The notes beneath the pieces are model-generated. The model saw only the letters and a list, made by a program, of their open reading frames with translations. It did no database searches and had not been told where the DNA came from. Shown piece by piece: positions 9,368 through 18,840 of a stretch of DNA of 64,000 bases. Position 1 is the first letter of the stretch; each line of letters begins with the position of its first letter. Location: the NCBI GenBank assembly GCA_965220485.1, contig OZ244832.1, positions 481,943-545,942 on the forward strand, read 5' to 3'. The DNA comes from Candidatus Aldehydirespirator sp. (GTDB lineage Bacteria > Actinomycetota > Acidimicrobiia > Acidimicrobiales > Aldehydirespiratoraceae). The position numbers were made by a program, and so were the translations under genes.

Positions 9368-11911
9368 TCAGACACTCAGGACTGCGGCGGCGAGGCGCTC
9401 GGACTCGCGGGCGCGCAGGGCGACGTTGATGTCGAGCCGCTCAAGGTGCTGGGCGACCTGTTTCGCTCCCTGGGGAAGCGGGTGCGCGGCCATGAAGTCG
9501 TGCACGTGGGAGGCCAGCTCGGCCTGGTCGAGCGCCACCACTCCTTCCAGCATCCGAGCCAGCGAGTAGTTGGTCGGGAAGATGCCGAGAAGGCGGTCCC
9601 AGTGCTCGGCCAGGAAGTCCCAGGCATCGGATCCGCAGCCGCGGTTGGCGAGGGCGCGGCGGATCAGGTAAGGGCCGTCCTGGGTGCGCACCGAGCCGTC
9701 GAGGGTGCCTTCCAGGATCGTGCGAACCAGCTCAGCGTCGGGAAAGTCGGCCAGGGCCGCTAGATGGCGCTGCTCGGTCTGGGGGTCCGACGCCGTCTCG
9801 AAACGCCGCCGGATCCGGGCGAAGTCTTCGGCGTCTCCATGGGCGGCCACCACGCCTAGGGCCGCCGCGGCCAGCGTGGCGTCCAGATGGTCGAGCCGCT
9901 CGCGGCACGCCGCGATCGTGGCGGGGTGATCTGCGGTCGCGCCCCGCAGCCTCAGCAGCGTCGCCCGTAGCTCGCCGGTGCGCTCGTCTTCGGTGCCGCT
10001 GGGCGGCGAGTCGAGGCCGACGGTGGCCGCAGCCACCTCGGAGGCGGCCACGACGAGCTCGCCGAAGCGCTGAGCTGCGTCGCCGTGCAGCAGTCTGCGG
10101 AGGTGGGCCACGGGGCCGGCGATGGCTTGCCACACGGTGAGGTCGCGCTCGTCGGTGAATCCTCTCAGCACAAAGTCGAGGAAGTCCGGCCCGTCGAGGC
10201 TGCCGGCCAGGGTCGCGGCCCAGGCGTCGTCGACGAGGCCGTGGCGCTCCTCGGCGCTGCGGTCGCCGGGTCCCGCGGCCGCGACAGCCGCGAGCGCCGC
10301 GGCGTCCGGGTCGTCGCGGTAGAAGCCGGAGGCGCCGCCGTTCACCGTCACCGCCTCGGTTGCTGCGACCGTCAGGGTCAGGCGGGGCCGGTCAAGCAGG
10401 AGTCGTAGTTCGCGCCGGCTGTCTTCGCGTCCCTGGACTCGCAAGCGCAGCGGGACCACCCAGCTGCGTTCGTCCGCTCGCTCGGGGTCCAGCGTGAAAT
10501 GGCGCTGGGACACTTCGAGGCCGTGCTCGGTCGCGGCCGCGCTCACCGCCGGATATCCGCCCTGGTAGATCCAGTGCTCCATGATCTGTCCCACGGGCTG
10601 GCCCGACGCGTCGGCGAGCGAGGCCCACAGGTCCGCGGTGACCGTGTTGGCGTAGGCGTGCCTTCGCAAGTAGAGGCGCACCCCGGCCCGGAACGCCTCG
10701 GGGCTGACATACTGCTCCAGCATGCGGACCAGGGCCGCGCCCTTCTCGTAGGTGATCACGTCGAACATGTCCTCGGCCTCGGCGGGGGAGTGCACCGGGT
10801 ACTCCACCGCCCGGGTGGTGCCGAGGGCGTCAGTAGAGAGCGCCGAGGACCGGCTTCGGCAGAACGTCGACCACACCCGCCAGTCGGGCCGGTAGGCGTC
10901 GGTGCAGGCCGTTTCCATGAACGTGGCGAAGGCCTCGTTGAGCCAGATCCCCTCCCACCAGGCCATGGTCACGAGGTCCCCGAACCACATGTGAGCCAGC
11001 TCGTGGTTGATCACCTCGGCCACCCGCTGCAGCTCGGGCTGGCTGGCAGAGCCGGGGTCCACTAGCAGCAGCACCTCCCGGAAGGTGACGCAGCCCAGGT
11101 TCTCCATGGCACCGAACGCGAAGTCGGGGATGGCGACTAGATCGAGCTTGTCCGACGGATAGGGCAGGCCGTAGTAGTCGGAGTACCACTCCAGGGCGTG
11201 GGCCGCGACATCGAGGGCGAAGCCAGTCTGGTCGCCGCGGCCGGGCCGGTGGATGACTCGCACGGGCACGCCGTCGCAGTCGATCGCCTCGGTGGCCTCC
11301 AGCGGTCCTACCACGAAGGCCACCAGGTACGTCGACATCGGCATGGTGGTGGCGAATATGACTCTGACGCGTCCGTCGCCCAGCGGCTCGCGGCCGGTCT
11401 CCGCGGTGTTGGACACCGCCAGCAGGCTCTCGTCCACCACCAGCGTCGCCGCGAAGGTGGCCTTGAGGGCGGGCTCGTCGAAGCAGGGGAAGGCTCGTCG
11501 GGCGTCGGTTGACTCGAACTGGGTGGTGGCGATGGTGTGCGTGGCGCCGGCGTCGTCGGAGTAGGTGGAGCGGTAGAAGCCGTGCAGTTGGTCGTTGAGC
11601 ACACCGCTGAAGGAGATGTCCAGCCGGGCCGATCCCGCTGCGAACCGGCCGGCCTCGTCGTGGTGGCTCAGCGTCAGGCGCTCGGACTCCTCATGGAGCT
11701 CGAAGCCGAGCTTGACGGCCTCACCGGATGCTGCGACGAGCTGTGCGCTGAAGATGTTCAGGTCCGCCGCGTTCAGCACGATCGAGCCGACCGGCTCTGT
11801 GACGTCGATGTCGATGGCGACGTGTCCGGCGAAGGTCGCGGCCTCGAGGTCGGGCTCCAGCTCGATGGCGTAGTGCCGGGGCGCAACGCCGGTGGGCAGT
11901 CTCGGACTCAT
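9368..11911 (-). CDS. pepN: Aminopeptidase N (M1 family zinc metallopeptidase)
   Basis: GAMEN exopeptidase motif and HELAHMWFGDLVT...WLNEAF (HEXXH-E18) in an 847-aa ORF. Confidence 0.9.
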   Translation of the reverse strand: MSPRLPTGVAPRHYAIELEPDLEAATFAGHVAIDIDVTEPVGSIVLNAADLNIFSAQLVAASGEAVKLGFELHEESERLTLSHHDEAGRFAAGSARLDISFSGVLNDQLHGFYRSTYSDDAGATHTIATTQFESTDARRAFPCFDEPALKATFAATLVVDESLLAVSNTAETGREPLGDGRVRVIFATTMPMSTYLVAFVVGPLEATEAIDCDGVPVRVIHRPGRGDQTGFALDVAAHALEWYSDYYGLPYPSDKLDLVAIPDFAFGAMENLGCVTFREVLLLVDPGSASQPELQRVAEVINHELAHMWFGDLVTMAWWEGIWLNEAFATFMETACTDAYRPDWRVWSTFCRSRSSALSTDALGTTRAVEYPVHSPAEAEDMFDVITYEKGAALVRMLEQYVSPEAFRAGVRLYLRRHAYANTVTADLWASLADASGQPVGQIMEHWIYQGGYPAVSAAATEHGLEVSQRHFTLDPERADERSWVVPLRLRVQGREDSRRELRLLLDRPRLTLTVAATEAVTVNGGASGFYRDDPDAAALAAVAAAGPGDRSAEERHGLVDDAWAATLAGSLDGPDFLDFVLRGFTDERDLTVWQAIAGPVAHLRRLLHGDAAQRFGELVVAASEVAAATVGLDSPPSGTEDERTGELRATLLRLRGATADHPATIAACRERLDHLDATLAAAALGVVAAHGDAEDFARIRRRFETASDPQTEQRHLAALADFPDAELVRTILEGTLDGSVRTQDGPYLIRRALANRGCGSDAWDFLAEHWDRLLGIFPTNYSLARMLEGVVALDQAELASHVHDFMAAHPLPQGAKQVAQHLERLDINVALRARESERLAAAVLSV

Positions 11912-12004
11912 GGCCCGACCGTACCGGCGACGTCGGCGGTGTCAGCCGTCGATGAGCTTGTAACGCTGGTTCAGGGGCCAGTAGCGCCGGGACAGCAGGT
12001 GCTC

Positions 12005-12245
12005 GCGGACTCGCCGCCACCTTGTCGGCCTCGTCGAGCAGTGCAGCCCCGTCCACTGTGAGCACATCGCCGTCGTCCACCACCAGCGTGCCGTTCACCA
12101 GGACGCTCTTCACGTCGGTGCCGACGGCGTAGCGCACCAGCGACCCGACCGGATTGTGCCTAGGCGACAGTCGTAGGTTCTCGCCGTCGATGACGGCGAT
12201 GTCGGCAGCCTTGCCGACTTCGAGCGAACCGATCTCGTGATCCCA
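12005..12245 (-). pseudogene. C-terminal remnant (~80 codons) of an amidohydrolase-family gene
   Basis: Frame reads WDHEIGSLEVGKAADIAVIDGENLRLSPRHNPVGSLVRYAVGTDVKSVLVNGTLVVDDGDVLTVDGAALLDEADKV, a typical amidohydrolase tail. No N-terminal body is present and the space is only ~370 bp. Confidence 0.55.
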
Positions 12246-12285
12246 AGCTGCTGATGATCGAGGCCTCGCCCGGATTCTCCATCGT

Positions 12286-13371
12286 TTGGCTCCGGTAGTC
12301 TGCGACCTCGTGCCTGAAGTTGCCCGCTACGGAGGCGGGAGTCTCGCGATCGAGGCTCGCGAACTGGTCCGGACGTTCGGCAGCAAGCGGGCCGTGGACG
12401 GCGTGGACCTCGCGGTGAACGCCGGGGAGGTCTACGGATTCCTCGGCCCCAACGGGGCGGGGAAGAGCACCACGGTATTGATGCTGTGCACCCTGCTGAA
12501 GCCCACCGCGGGCCAGGCCTCGGTGGCCGGCTTCGACGTGGTTGACAGTCCCGGCGAGGTTCGCATCCGCATCGGCGTTGCCCTGCAGGAGGCCGCGCTC
12601 GACGAACGCCAGACCGGCCGCGAGATACTCGACCTGCAGGCCCGGCTGTACGGGCTGAGCGCCGCCGACCGGGCCGCATCCATCGCACGGGCCATCGACC
12701 TGGCTGACATCGGAGACGCCATGGATGACCGGGTTGGCACCTACAGCGGCGGCATGAGACGCCGATTGGACCTCGCGGCCTCGCTCATACACGGCCCCGA
12801 GGTGCTCTTCCTGGACGAGCCGACCACTGGCCTCGACCCCGTGAGCCGGACGCAGGTCTGGGACGAGGTGCGTCGCTTGAACCGTGAGCTGGGGGTGACG
12901 GTGTTCCTCACCACTCAGTACCTTGAGGAGGCCGACGCGCTGGCCGACCGGGTGGCCATCATCGACGGCGGACACATCGTCGAGCAGGGCTCTCCCTCCG
13001 AGTTGAAGAGGGCCGTTGGGGCGGACGTGATCGTCGTCGATCTGCCCTCCGAGGCCATCGCTCCGGCTGCGGCCGTTGCTGAGACAGTGCCGCGAGTCGA
13101 TGCCGTCACCCAGGGACGCCGCGGTATCACCATCGCCACCCCCGACGGCGCGGCGGTCGTCGGCAGCGTAGCCGTGGCTCTGTCGGCGGCAGGACTGCAC
13201 CCGCAATCGCTCACCGTGCGCACGCCCTCGCTGGACGATGTGTTCCTGCTGGCAACCGGGTATCGGATGTCCACAGCGGACTCAGCCGCCCAGGACACTG
13301 CCGCCGCCGACGCCGTAGTGGAGGCTCACTCCGGCGCGCCTGGAGTGCCCGAGGAGAGCGGTCAGCGATGA
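12286..13371 (+). CDS. ABC transporter ATP-binding protein (DrrA-like, ABC-2 exporter type)
   Basis: Walker A GPNGAGKST, signature YSGGMRRRL, Walker B LFLDEPTTGLD. The start is uncertain (TTG 12286 or GTG 12310). Confidence 0.9.
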   Translation: MAPVVCDLVPEVARYGGGSLAIEARELVRTFGSKRAVDGVDLAVNAGEVYGFLGPNGAGKSTTVLMLCTLLKPTAGQASVAGFDVVDSPGEVRIRIGVALQEAALDERQTGREILDLQARLYGLSAADRAASIARAIDLADIGDAMDDRVGTYSGGMRRRLDLAASLIHGPEVLFLDEPTTGLDPVSRTQVWDEVRRLNRELGVTVFLTTQYLEEADALADRVAIIDGGHIVEQGSPSELKRAVGADVIVVDLPSEAIAPAAAVAETVPRVDAVTQGRRGITIATPDGAAVVGSVAVALSAAGLHPQSLTVRTPSLDDVFLLATGYRMSTADSAAQDTAAADAVVEAHSGAPGVPEESGQR

Positions 13372-14180
13372 GCACGCAGGCTGCCGCACCGGCCGCGCCG
13401 GGTGGCGGCATGGTCCGTTCTGTCAGTGTCGTCGCCGACATCGCCACGGTGGCCCGCCGCTCCGTGCGCAGCCTGTGGCGCGAGCCCGAGGCCATGGCGC
13501 CGGCACTGATCATTCCGACGTTCTTCTTTGTCGTCAACATCGGGGCGCTGGAGTCGTTCGTGGAGCGCACGCCGGGCATCGACTACAGGGCATTCCAGAT
13601 ACCTGTCGCCATAATCTTCGCGGTCACGGGCATCTCCCGAGCGTCGGTGCTGGTCATCGACATCCAGACCGGCTACCTCAACCGGATGCTGGTCACGCCG
13701 GTCCGTCGCACCACGCTGCTGCTCGGCATGATGGTCGCCGACGTTGTTCTGGCTGTGGCGTTGTCGCTCGTCGTGATCGCCATGGGCTTGGTCTTCGGGG
13801 TGCGATTCGGAACCGGGCTGCTGGGGGTCCTGGTCTTTCTGGCCCTGGCGGTGGCGTGGAGTCTCTCGTTCACGGGATTCCCGTACACGGTGGCCCTGCG
13901 CACCGGGAACCCAGCCGCGGTCAACTCGTCCTTCCTCATCTTCTTTCCCTTCGCCTTCCTGACGCCCGCATACCTGCCGCGCCATCTCATGACCGGCTGG
14001 ATGCAGGCCGTGGCCGCCTGGAACCCGGTGACCTACCTGCTCGAAGCGATGCGGTCGCTGATGTCCGACGGCTGGGATGTAGTGTCTCTCGGCAAGGGAA
14101 TCGCCGCCATCGCCGGACTGGGCGCCGTCACCTTCGTGATGGCCTTCCGCTCGCTGGCCCGCCGGGTGGCAACCGGCTGA
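13368..14180 (+). CDS. ABC-2 type transporter permease
   Basis: ATGA overlap with the ATPase gene. The 270-aa product is multi-pass and hydrophobic. Confidence 0.85.
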   Translation: MSTQAAAPAAPGGGMVRSVSVVADIATVARRSVRSLWREPEAMAPALIIPTFFFVVNIGALESFVERTPGIDYRAFQIPVAIIFAVTGISRASVLVIDIQTGYLNRMLVTPVRRTTLLLGMMVADVVLAVALSLVVIAMGLVFGVRFGTGLLGVLVFLALAVAWSLSFTGFPYTVALRTGNPAAVNSSFLIFFPFAFLTPAYLPRHLMTGWMQAVAAWNPVTYLLEAMRSLMSDGWDVVSLGKGIAAIAGLGAVTFVMAFRSLARRVATG

Positions 14181-14225
14181 GAGCCCCGTTGCCGCCTACT
14201 GTTCAGGGCGAACTGGGGAGGCTCT

Positions 14226-15218
14226 GTGGAACCTGCGCTCGATGTGGTGGGTGTCGGCAACGCCATCGTGGATGTGATCGCCACCGTGCCGGACTCGTTC
14301 ATTCGCGACTACGGGCTGGTGAAGGGAGCCATGACCCTGGTCAGCGCGGAGAGATCGGCTGAGCTGTACGACGCCATGCCGACGGGGATCGCGGCTTCCG
14401 GCGGGTCCGCGGCCAACACGGTGGCCGGCGTCGCCTCCTTCGGCGGTCGGGCTGCATTCATCGGCAAGGTGCGCGACGACCAACTCGGCGAAGTGTTCGT
14501 CCACGACATCCGGGCGACGGGCGTCGCCTTCGGCGTGCCACAGTCGCCGGACGGTCCTCCCACCGCCCGCTGTCTGGTGCAGGTAACCCCCGACGCCGAG
14601 CGCACGATGAACACTTTCCTGGGCACGGCTGCGCTGCTGGGTCCCCGCGATGTGGACACCGCCCTGGTTGCCTCGGCTGCCATCACTTACTGCGAGGGCT
14701 ATCTGTGGGACGTGCAGGTGGCCAAGGACGCCATCCGCTTGGCCATGGCGGCAGCCGGGGACGCCGGCAGGACGGTGGCGCTGGCTTTGAGCGACTCGTA
14801 TTGCGTGAAGCGCCACCGCGACGAGTGGCTCGCGTTGATCGACGACAGCGTCGACGTGGTGTTCGCGAACGAGGCAGAAGTGTGCGCCCTCCACGAGACC
14901 GACGACTTCGGCGCGGCACGGAACCGCACAGCCGAGATGGCCCGCACGGTGGTGGTCACCCGCGGCGCCCGCGGCTCGGTGGTGGCGCAGGGCTCGACAC
15001 TGGAGACGGTGCCGGCGGCCGTGGTGGCGGAGGTCGTCGATGCCACCGGAGCCGGTGATCTGTATGCCGCGGGATTCCTGTGGGGTCTTGGCCGGGGCGC
15101 GCCCCCGGCGCGCTGCGCCGAGTTGGGCAGCCTGGCCGCGGCAGAGGTCATCAGCCATGTCGGCGCCCGTCCCTTGGCATCGCTGTCAAGGCTCGCAGCG
15201 GCCGCTGGGCTTGCCTAG
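14226..15218 (+). CDS. PfkB-family carbohydrate/adenosine kinase
   Basis: VGVGNAIVD N-terminus, GGSAANT, and the C-terminal DATGAGDLYAAGF PfkB signature. Confidence 0.85.
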   Translation: MEPALDVVGVGNAIVDVIATVPDSFIRDYGLVKGAMTLVSAERSAELYDAMPTGIAASGGSAANTVAGVASFGGRAAFIGKVRDDQLGEVFVHDIRATGVAFGVPQSPDGPPTARCLVQVTPDAERTMNTFLGTAALLGPRDVDTALVASAAITYCEGYLWDVQVAKDAIRLAMAAAGDAGRTVALALSDSYCVKRHRDEWLALIDDSVDVVFANEAEVCALHETDDFGAARNRTAEMARTVVVTRGARGSVVAQGSTLETVPAAVVAEVVDATGAGDLYAAGFLWGLGRGAPPARCAELGSLAAAEVISHVGARPLASLSRLAAAAGLA

Positions 15219-15357
15219 AGGCCGAGCCGATAGGCCGCGTTTCGCGATGTGCTCGCAAGGCACTGAGCGAGGCCGTGGCCCGAGCGGCCCGTGAGCGCAG
15301 CGAACAAGAGCGGGAAGCACCACGCTGCGCGGCGAGGCAGCATCACCTACCCGCGCT
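15216..15357 (+). repeat. ~140-bp intergenic repeat family, copy 3
   Basis: Starts at the kinase TAG (TAGAGGCCGAGCCGATAGGCCGC). The core is identical to the other copies. Confidence 0.85.
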
Positions 15358-15375
15358 GTCTCTTAGGCTCGGCTG

Positions 15376-15819
15376 GTGGCGACCATTCGGGTCTCGACTG
15401 TCGTGCCCGCGGAGCCCGCGGTGGTGTGGGAGGACCTCCGCCACATCGCTCGCCACGTCGACTGGATGAGCGATGCCGAGTCGATCCGCTTCCTGAGCGA
15501 AGCCACACAGGGCATCGGCGTGCGCTTCGAGTGCGCTACGCGAGTCGGCCCGATTCGGCTCATCGACCGGATGGAGGTCACCGAGTGGAGCGACAGCCAG
15601 GCGATGGGAATCCGACATCGCGGGGTGGTCTCGGGCACGGGACAGTTCAGGCTCACGGCGCTCCCTGCGTCCGGCGGCGAGATCCACACGCAGTTCGAGT
15701 GGACCGAGAAGCTGCAGTTCCCGTGGTGGATGGGCGGAGCGGTCGGTGCAGTGCTGGCCCGTCGCATGCTTCGCGCCGTCTGGAAGCGCAACCTGAGCAG
15801 ATTCGTCGCCCGTTTCTGA
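15376..15819 (+). CDS. SRPBCC (START/polyketide cyclase-like) family protein
   Basis: 147 aa with the typical SRPBCC N-terminus (IRVSTVVPAEPAVVWEDL) and overall pattern. Confidence 0.75.
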   Translation: MATIRVSTVVPAEPAVVWEDLRHIARHVDWMSDAESIRFLSEATQGIGVRFECATRVGPIRLIDRMEVTEWSDSQAMGIRHRGVVSGTGQFRLTALPASGGEIHTQFEWTEKLQFPWWMGGAVGAVLARRMLRAVWKRNLSRFVARF

Positions 15820-15861
15820 CTGCTGATCGGTGCCGAGGCATGCCGCGGCTGGCGCTCTCTC

Positions 15862-15903
15862 AGAGGCCTAGCGGATGCGACACGGTGGCACCTAGCCGCG
15901 CTG
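15862..15903 (+). repeat. 42-bp core-less mini copy of the ~140-bp repeat
   Basis: AGAGGCCTAGCGGATGCGAC...CACCTAGCCGCGCTG matches both ends of copy 3 but lacks the ~100-bp interior. Confidence 0.6.
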
Positions 15904-15984
15904 TCTCTTGTTGCGGCTGTGGCTGTCAGCAGAATCGCAGATTGCGTCTCCGTCGCCGGAATGGTGGATTCCGGTCAGAGCAGC

Positions 15985-16060
15985 CAATACGATTATGGAT
16001 AATGCTAACATATTTCACTAAATAACGATTATTATCAATAACGGCTATTATCGCGTTTGG
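15985..16060. promoter_or_regulatory. AT-rich promoter/operator region upstream of the TetR gene
   Basis: A sharp AT-rich patch in GC-rich DNA. It holds the palindrome ATTATGGATAAT and two 15-bp direct repeats, ATAACGATTATTATC (16022-16036) and ATAACGGCTATTATC (16038-16052). Confidence 0.5.
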
Positions 16061-16067
16061 CCCACGA

Positions 16068-16775
16068 ATGGACACTCCCGCAAGAGACGCTGCTGCAAGA
16101 GTCACTGCTGCAACAGACACGGTCGGGGAGATCGACTCGACTCACGACGACCACCCCGAGTCCCGTGACGCCACGGAGAGAGTCAGCGATCCCCGCGATG
16201 TGACGAAGCGCCTGCTCGACGCGGCCGTCGCCGCGTTCGCGGAGCAGGGGTTCGAGGCGGCCAGGGTCGCTCAGATCGCGCACCGTGCCGGCCTCACGAC
16301 CGGTGCCATCTACTCGCGCTGGTCCGGCAAGCGCGCTCTGATCCTTGACGCCGTCCGCCACATCTGTCCGCAGTGCATGCACCTTCCGGCGGCGGCGACC
16401 GAGATGTGCGCTCCCGAGACGCTGGCGGCGGTGGGCACGGATCTCATGGCGACCGAGGGAGTCCAGGTTCGGGACGTGATGATCGAGGCACTCGTCAGCG
16501 CGCGGCGCGACGACAGCTTCCGTGCCGCGGTCTCCAACTCGATGAGCGAAGAGGCGGCCAAGCTGAGGGCGGTCGTCTCCCAGGGCAAGGCTGAAGGCCT
16601 TATAGACCCGGAGGTGAGCACCCACGCCATAGTGGCCCTCTACCAGGCCCTGGGCCTCGGCATGCACCTGGTCAGATCGTCGCAGCCCGAGGAAGGCCAT
16701 GTTCCAGTCGCGGAATGGGATGAGCTCATCCGGAGACTGATCGCAGCTGTGACCCCACCGTCTGGCGCGGACTAG
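16068..16775 (+). CDS. TetR/AcrR family transcriptional regulator
   Basis: TetR HTH: RLLDAAVAAFAEQGFEAARVAQIAHRAGLTTGAIYSRW. Confidence 0.9.
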   Translation: MDTPARDAAARVTAATDTVGEIDSTHDDHPESRDATERVSDPRDVTKRLLDAAVAAFAEQGFEAARVAQIAHRAGLTTGAIYSRWSGKRALILDAVRHICPQCMHLPAAATEMCAPETLAAVGTDLMATEGVQVRDVMIEALVSARRDDSFRAAVSNSMSEEAAKLRAVVSQGKAEGLIDPEVSTHAIVALYQALGLGMHLVRSSQPEEGHVPVAEWDELIRRLIAAVTPPSGAD

Positions 16776-16783
16776 CCCGAGCC

Positions 16784-16927
16784 TGATGCCGAGAGAGTCT
16801 GATGCTGAGAGAGTCTGATGCTGAGAGAGTCTGATGCCGAGAGAGTCTGATGCCGAGAGAGTCTGATGCCGAGAGAGTCTGATGCCGAGAGAGTCTGATG
16901 CCGAGAGAGTCTGATGCCGAGAGATTG
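16784..16927 (+). repeat. 16-bp tandem array (~9 units, TGATGCCGAGAGAGTC)
   Basis: Directly visible. Two units carry a C>T variant. The last unit contains an ATG (16914) in frame with the downstream hydratase gene. Confidence 0.95.
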
Positions 16928-16967
16928 GTCCGGTCCTGCGGCCGGCCGCCCGGGTTACGCTGCGGGC

Positions 16968-17807
16968 ATGGGCTACAGATGCTTCGAGGTGGAGGAGTCC
17001 GGGCGTATAGCGCACCTGCGCCTCAGCCGCGGCGAGCAATTGAACACGATGATCCCGGAGTTCTGGTCGGAGTTGCCGGCCATCGTGGACGAGATCTCCG
17101 ACGCGGGACGGGCGCGGGTGATCGTGCTCTCGTCGGAGGGACGCCACTTCTGCGCGGGCATGGACCTGTCGGTCTTCTCGGACGACTCGAGTCTCCATCC
17201 GGAGTCGGGCGAGATCGGCCGGCGCCGGGCGAACCTCAGGCTCAACGTGCTGCACCTGCAGCGTGCGTTCACCGCGCTCGAGCAGGCCAGGATGCCGGTG
17301 CTGGCCGCAATCCAGGGCGCATGCGTCGGCGGTGCAGTAGATCTCGTGACCGCGGCCGACTGCCGCTACGCCACCGCCGACGCCTGGTTCTCGATCCATG
17401 AGATCAACATCGGGATGACCGCCGACGTAGGAACCCTGCAGCGCCTGCCCAAGCTGATTCCCTCCGGAGTGGCCCGCGAGTACGCGTACACAGGCCGGCG
17501 CCTGCACGCGAAGCGGGCACTGGAACTGGGACTGGTCAACGAGGTCTTCGAGGACCAAGGCTCGATGATGGACGCGGTGACGGATATCGCCGCCGAGATC
17601 GCCGCCAAGTCGCCGCTGGCGATACACGGCACCAAGGAGGCGATCAACTACAGCCGGGACCACACCACCGAGGAATCGCTCCGGCACATCGCGCTGTGGC
17701 AGTCGGGGATGTTCCACCCTGATGACCTGGAGGAGTCGTTCAGGGCCGAGTCCGAAGGCCGCCTCCCGTCCTACGAGGACCTGCCCGAGGTGCGCCGAGG
17801 ACTGTGA
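16968..17807 (+). CDS. Enoyl-CoA hydratase/isomerase (crotonase) family protein
   Basis: RVIVLSSEGRHFCAGMDL and AAIQGACVGGAVDL crotonase motifs. The ATG at 16968 gives a typical N-terminus. Confidence 0.9.
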   Translation: MGYRCFEVEESGRIAHLRLSRGEQLNTMIPEFWSELPAIVDEISDAGRARVIVLSSEGRHFCAGMDLSVFSDDSSLHPESGEIGRRRANLRLNVLHLQRAFTALEQARMPVLAAIQGACVGGAVDLVTAADCRYATADAWFSIHEINIGMTADVGTLQRLPKLIPSGVAREYAYTGRRLHAKRALELGLVNEVFEDQGSMMDAVTDIAAEIAAKSPLAIHGTKEAINYSRDHTTEESLRHIALWQSGMFHPDDLEESFRAESEGRLPSYEDLPEVRRGL

Positions 17808-17950
17808 GAGGCCGAGCGGATAGGCCGCGACTCACGTACGAGATCAGCGGGTCGTTGAGCGAGGCCGTGGCCCGAGCGGCCCGTGAGCGCAGCGAACAAG
17901 AGCGGGAAGCACAACCCCTCATCGCGAGGTGCTCATCACCTATCCGCGTG
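17805..17950 (+). repeat. ~140-bp intergenic repeat family, copy 4
   Basis: Starts at the hydratase TGA (TGAGAGGCCGAGCGGATAGGCCGC). Confidence 0.85.
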
Positions 17951-17987
17951 GCTGCTGAGTCGCGCCGCGCCGCGCCGCGGGGGTTGA

Positions 17988-18593
17988 TCAGTCGCTGAGC
18001 GCCGGCTTATAGCGCAGTTCGAGGTCGTCGAGACGCACCAGCATCGAGGCGATCCACCCGCCCAGGGCGTTGAAGTGCTTGTCGAGTTCCGCGCCGTCGG
18101 ACAGGCCCGCCTCGTCTAGCTCATAGGCACCCTCGTAGCTGACGTCGACGGCGTACTCGGTCGCGTCGGCATCGTCGAGATCCTCTGCATACATCGACTC
18201 CACCCGGAGCCCTCCCCGAGTGAGTGGTTCGCCATCGATGTTGGGGCTGGTGGGGGGCAGCACATCCACGACCATCGCGGGATCGGGCGCCTCGGCGAGG
18301 CATTGGGCCCGCAGCAGAATCTTGATCTCGATACGAGGCGGCTCGACGTAGCCGTCCCCCGCGTACCAGCTCAGGTAGGCCGCCTGCGACCAGGTGGGCC
18401 AAACGCAGCTGACATCGGCGCACACCCGGGGCGGCTGCCCCTCCCCGGGCAGGGCGTAGGAGTTCTCCCAGGAGACGTCGCCCAGCAGCACATCGGTCTG
18501 GAACCGTTCCTCGCCCGCCTGCCGTTCCAGCAGGGCGTCCTCGAAGGCGTCGCGCAGGGCGCCGATGGCGTCGGTAAAGACGTGGTCCAGCAT
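17988..18593 (-). CDS. Hypothetical acidic protein (201 aa)
   Basis: Clean ORF from ATG 18593 (MLDHVFTDAIGAL...). I recognise no family. Confidence 0.55.
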   Translation of the reverse strand: MLDHVFTDAIGALRDAFEDALLERQAGEERFQTDVLLGDVSWENSYALPGEGQPPRVCADVSCVWPTWSQAAYLSWYAGDGYVEPPRIEIKILLRAQCLAEAPDPAMVVDVLPPTSPNIDGEPLTRGGLRVESMYAEDLDDADATEYAVDVSYEGAYELDEAGLSDGAELDKHFNALGGWIASMLVRLDDLELRYKPALSD

Positions 18594-18624
18594 GGTCAGG
18601 TCCGTCGGGCGCTGATTCGTTCGT

Positions 18625-18840
18625 TCATCGCGGCTCTCCGTCAGGCGGCGGGCCGGTGGTGCCCCGCACCACCAGCTCGGGTTGGAGAGTATGGCGCACG
18701 GCATCGCCGGGGCCGTCGTTGAGTCGTTGGAGCAGGGTGTCGACTGCCAGGCGTCCCATGGCCAGGGTGGGCTGGTTGATGGTCGTGAGCGAGAAGTAGT
18801 GCAGAGCGGCGATGAAGGTGTTGTCGAACCCTACGAGCCC
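18625..18840 (-). pseudogene. C-terminal fragment of a LacI-family regulator
   Basis: VGFDNTFIAALHYFSLTTINQPTLAMGRLAVDTLLQRL...LQPELVVRGTT is the LacI sugar-binding domain tail. The HTH and most of the body are absent. Confidence 0.7.
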
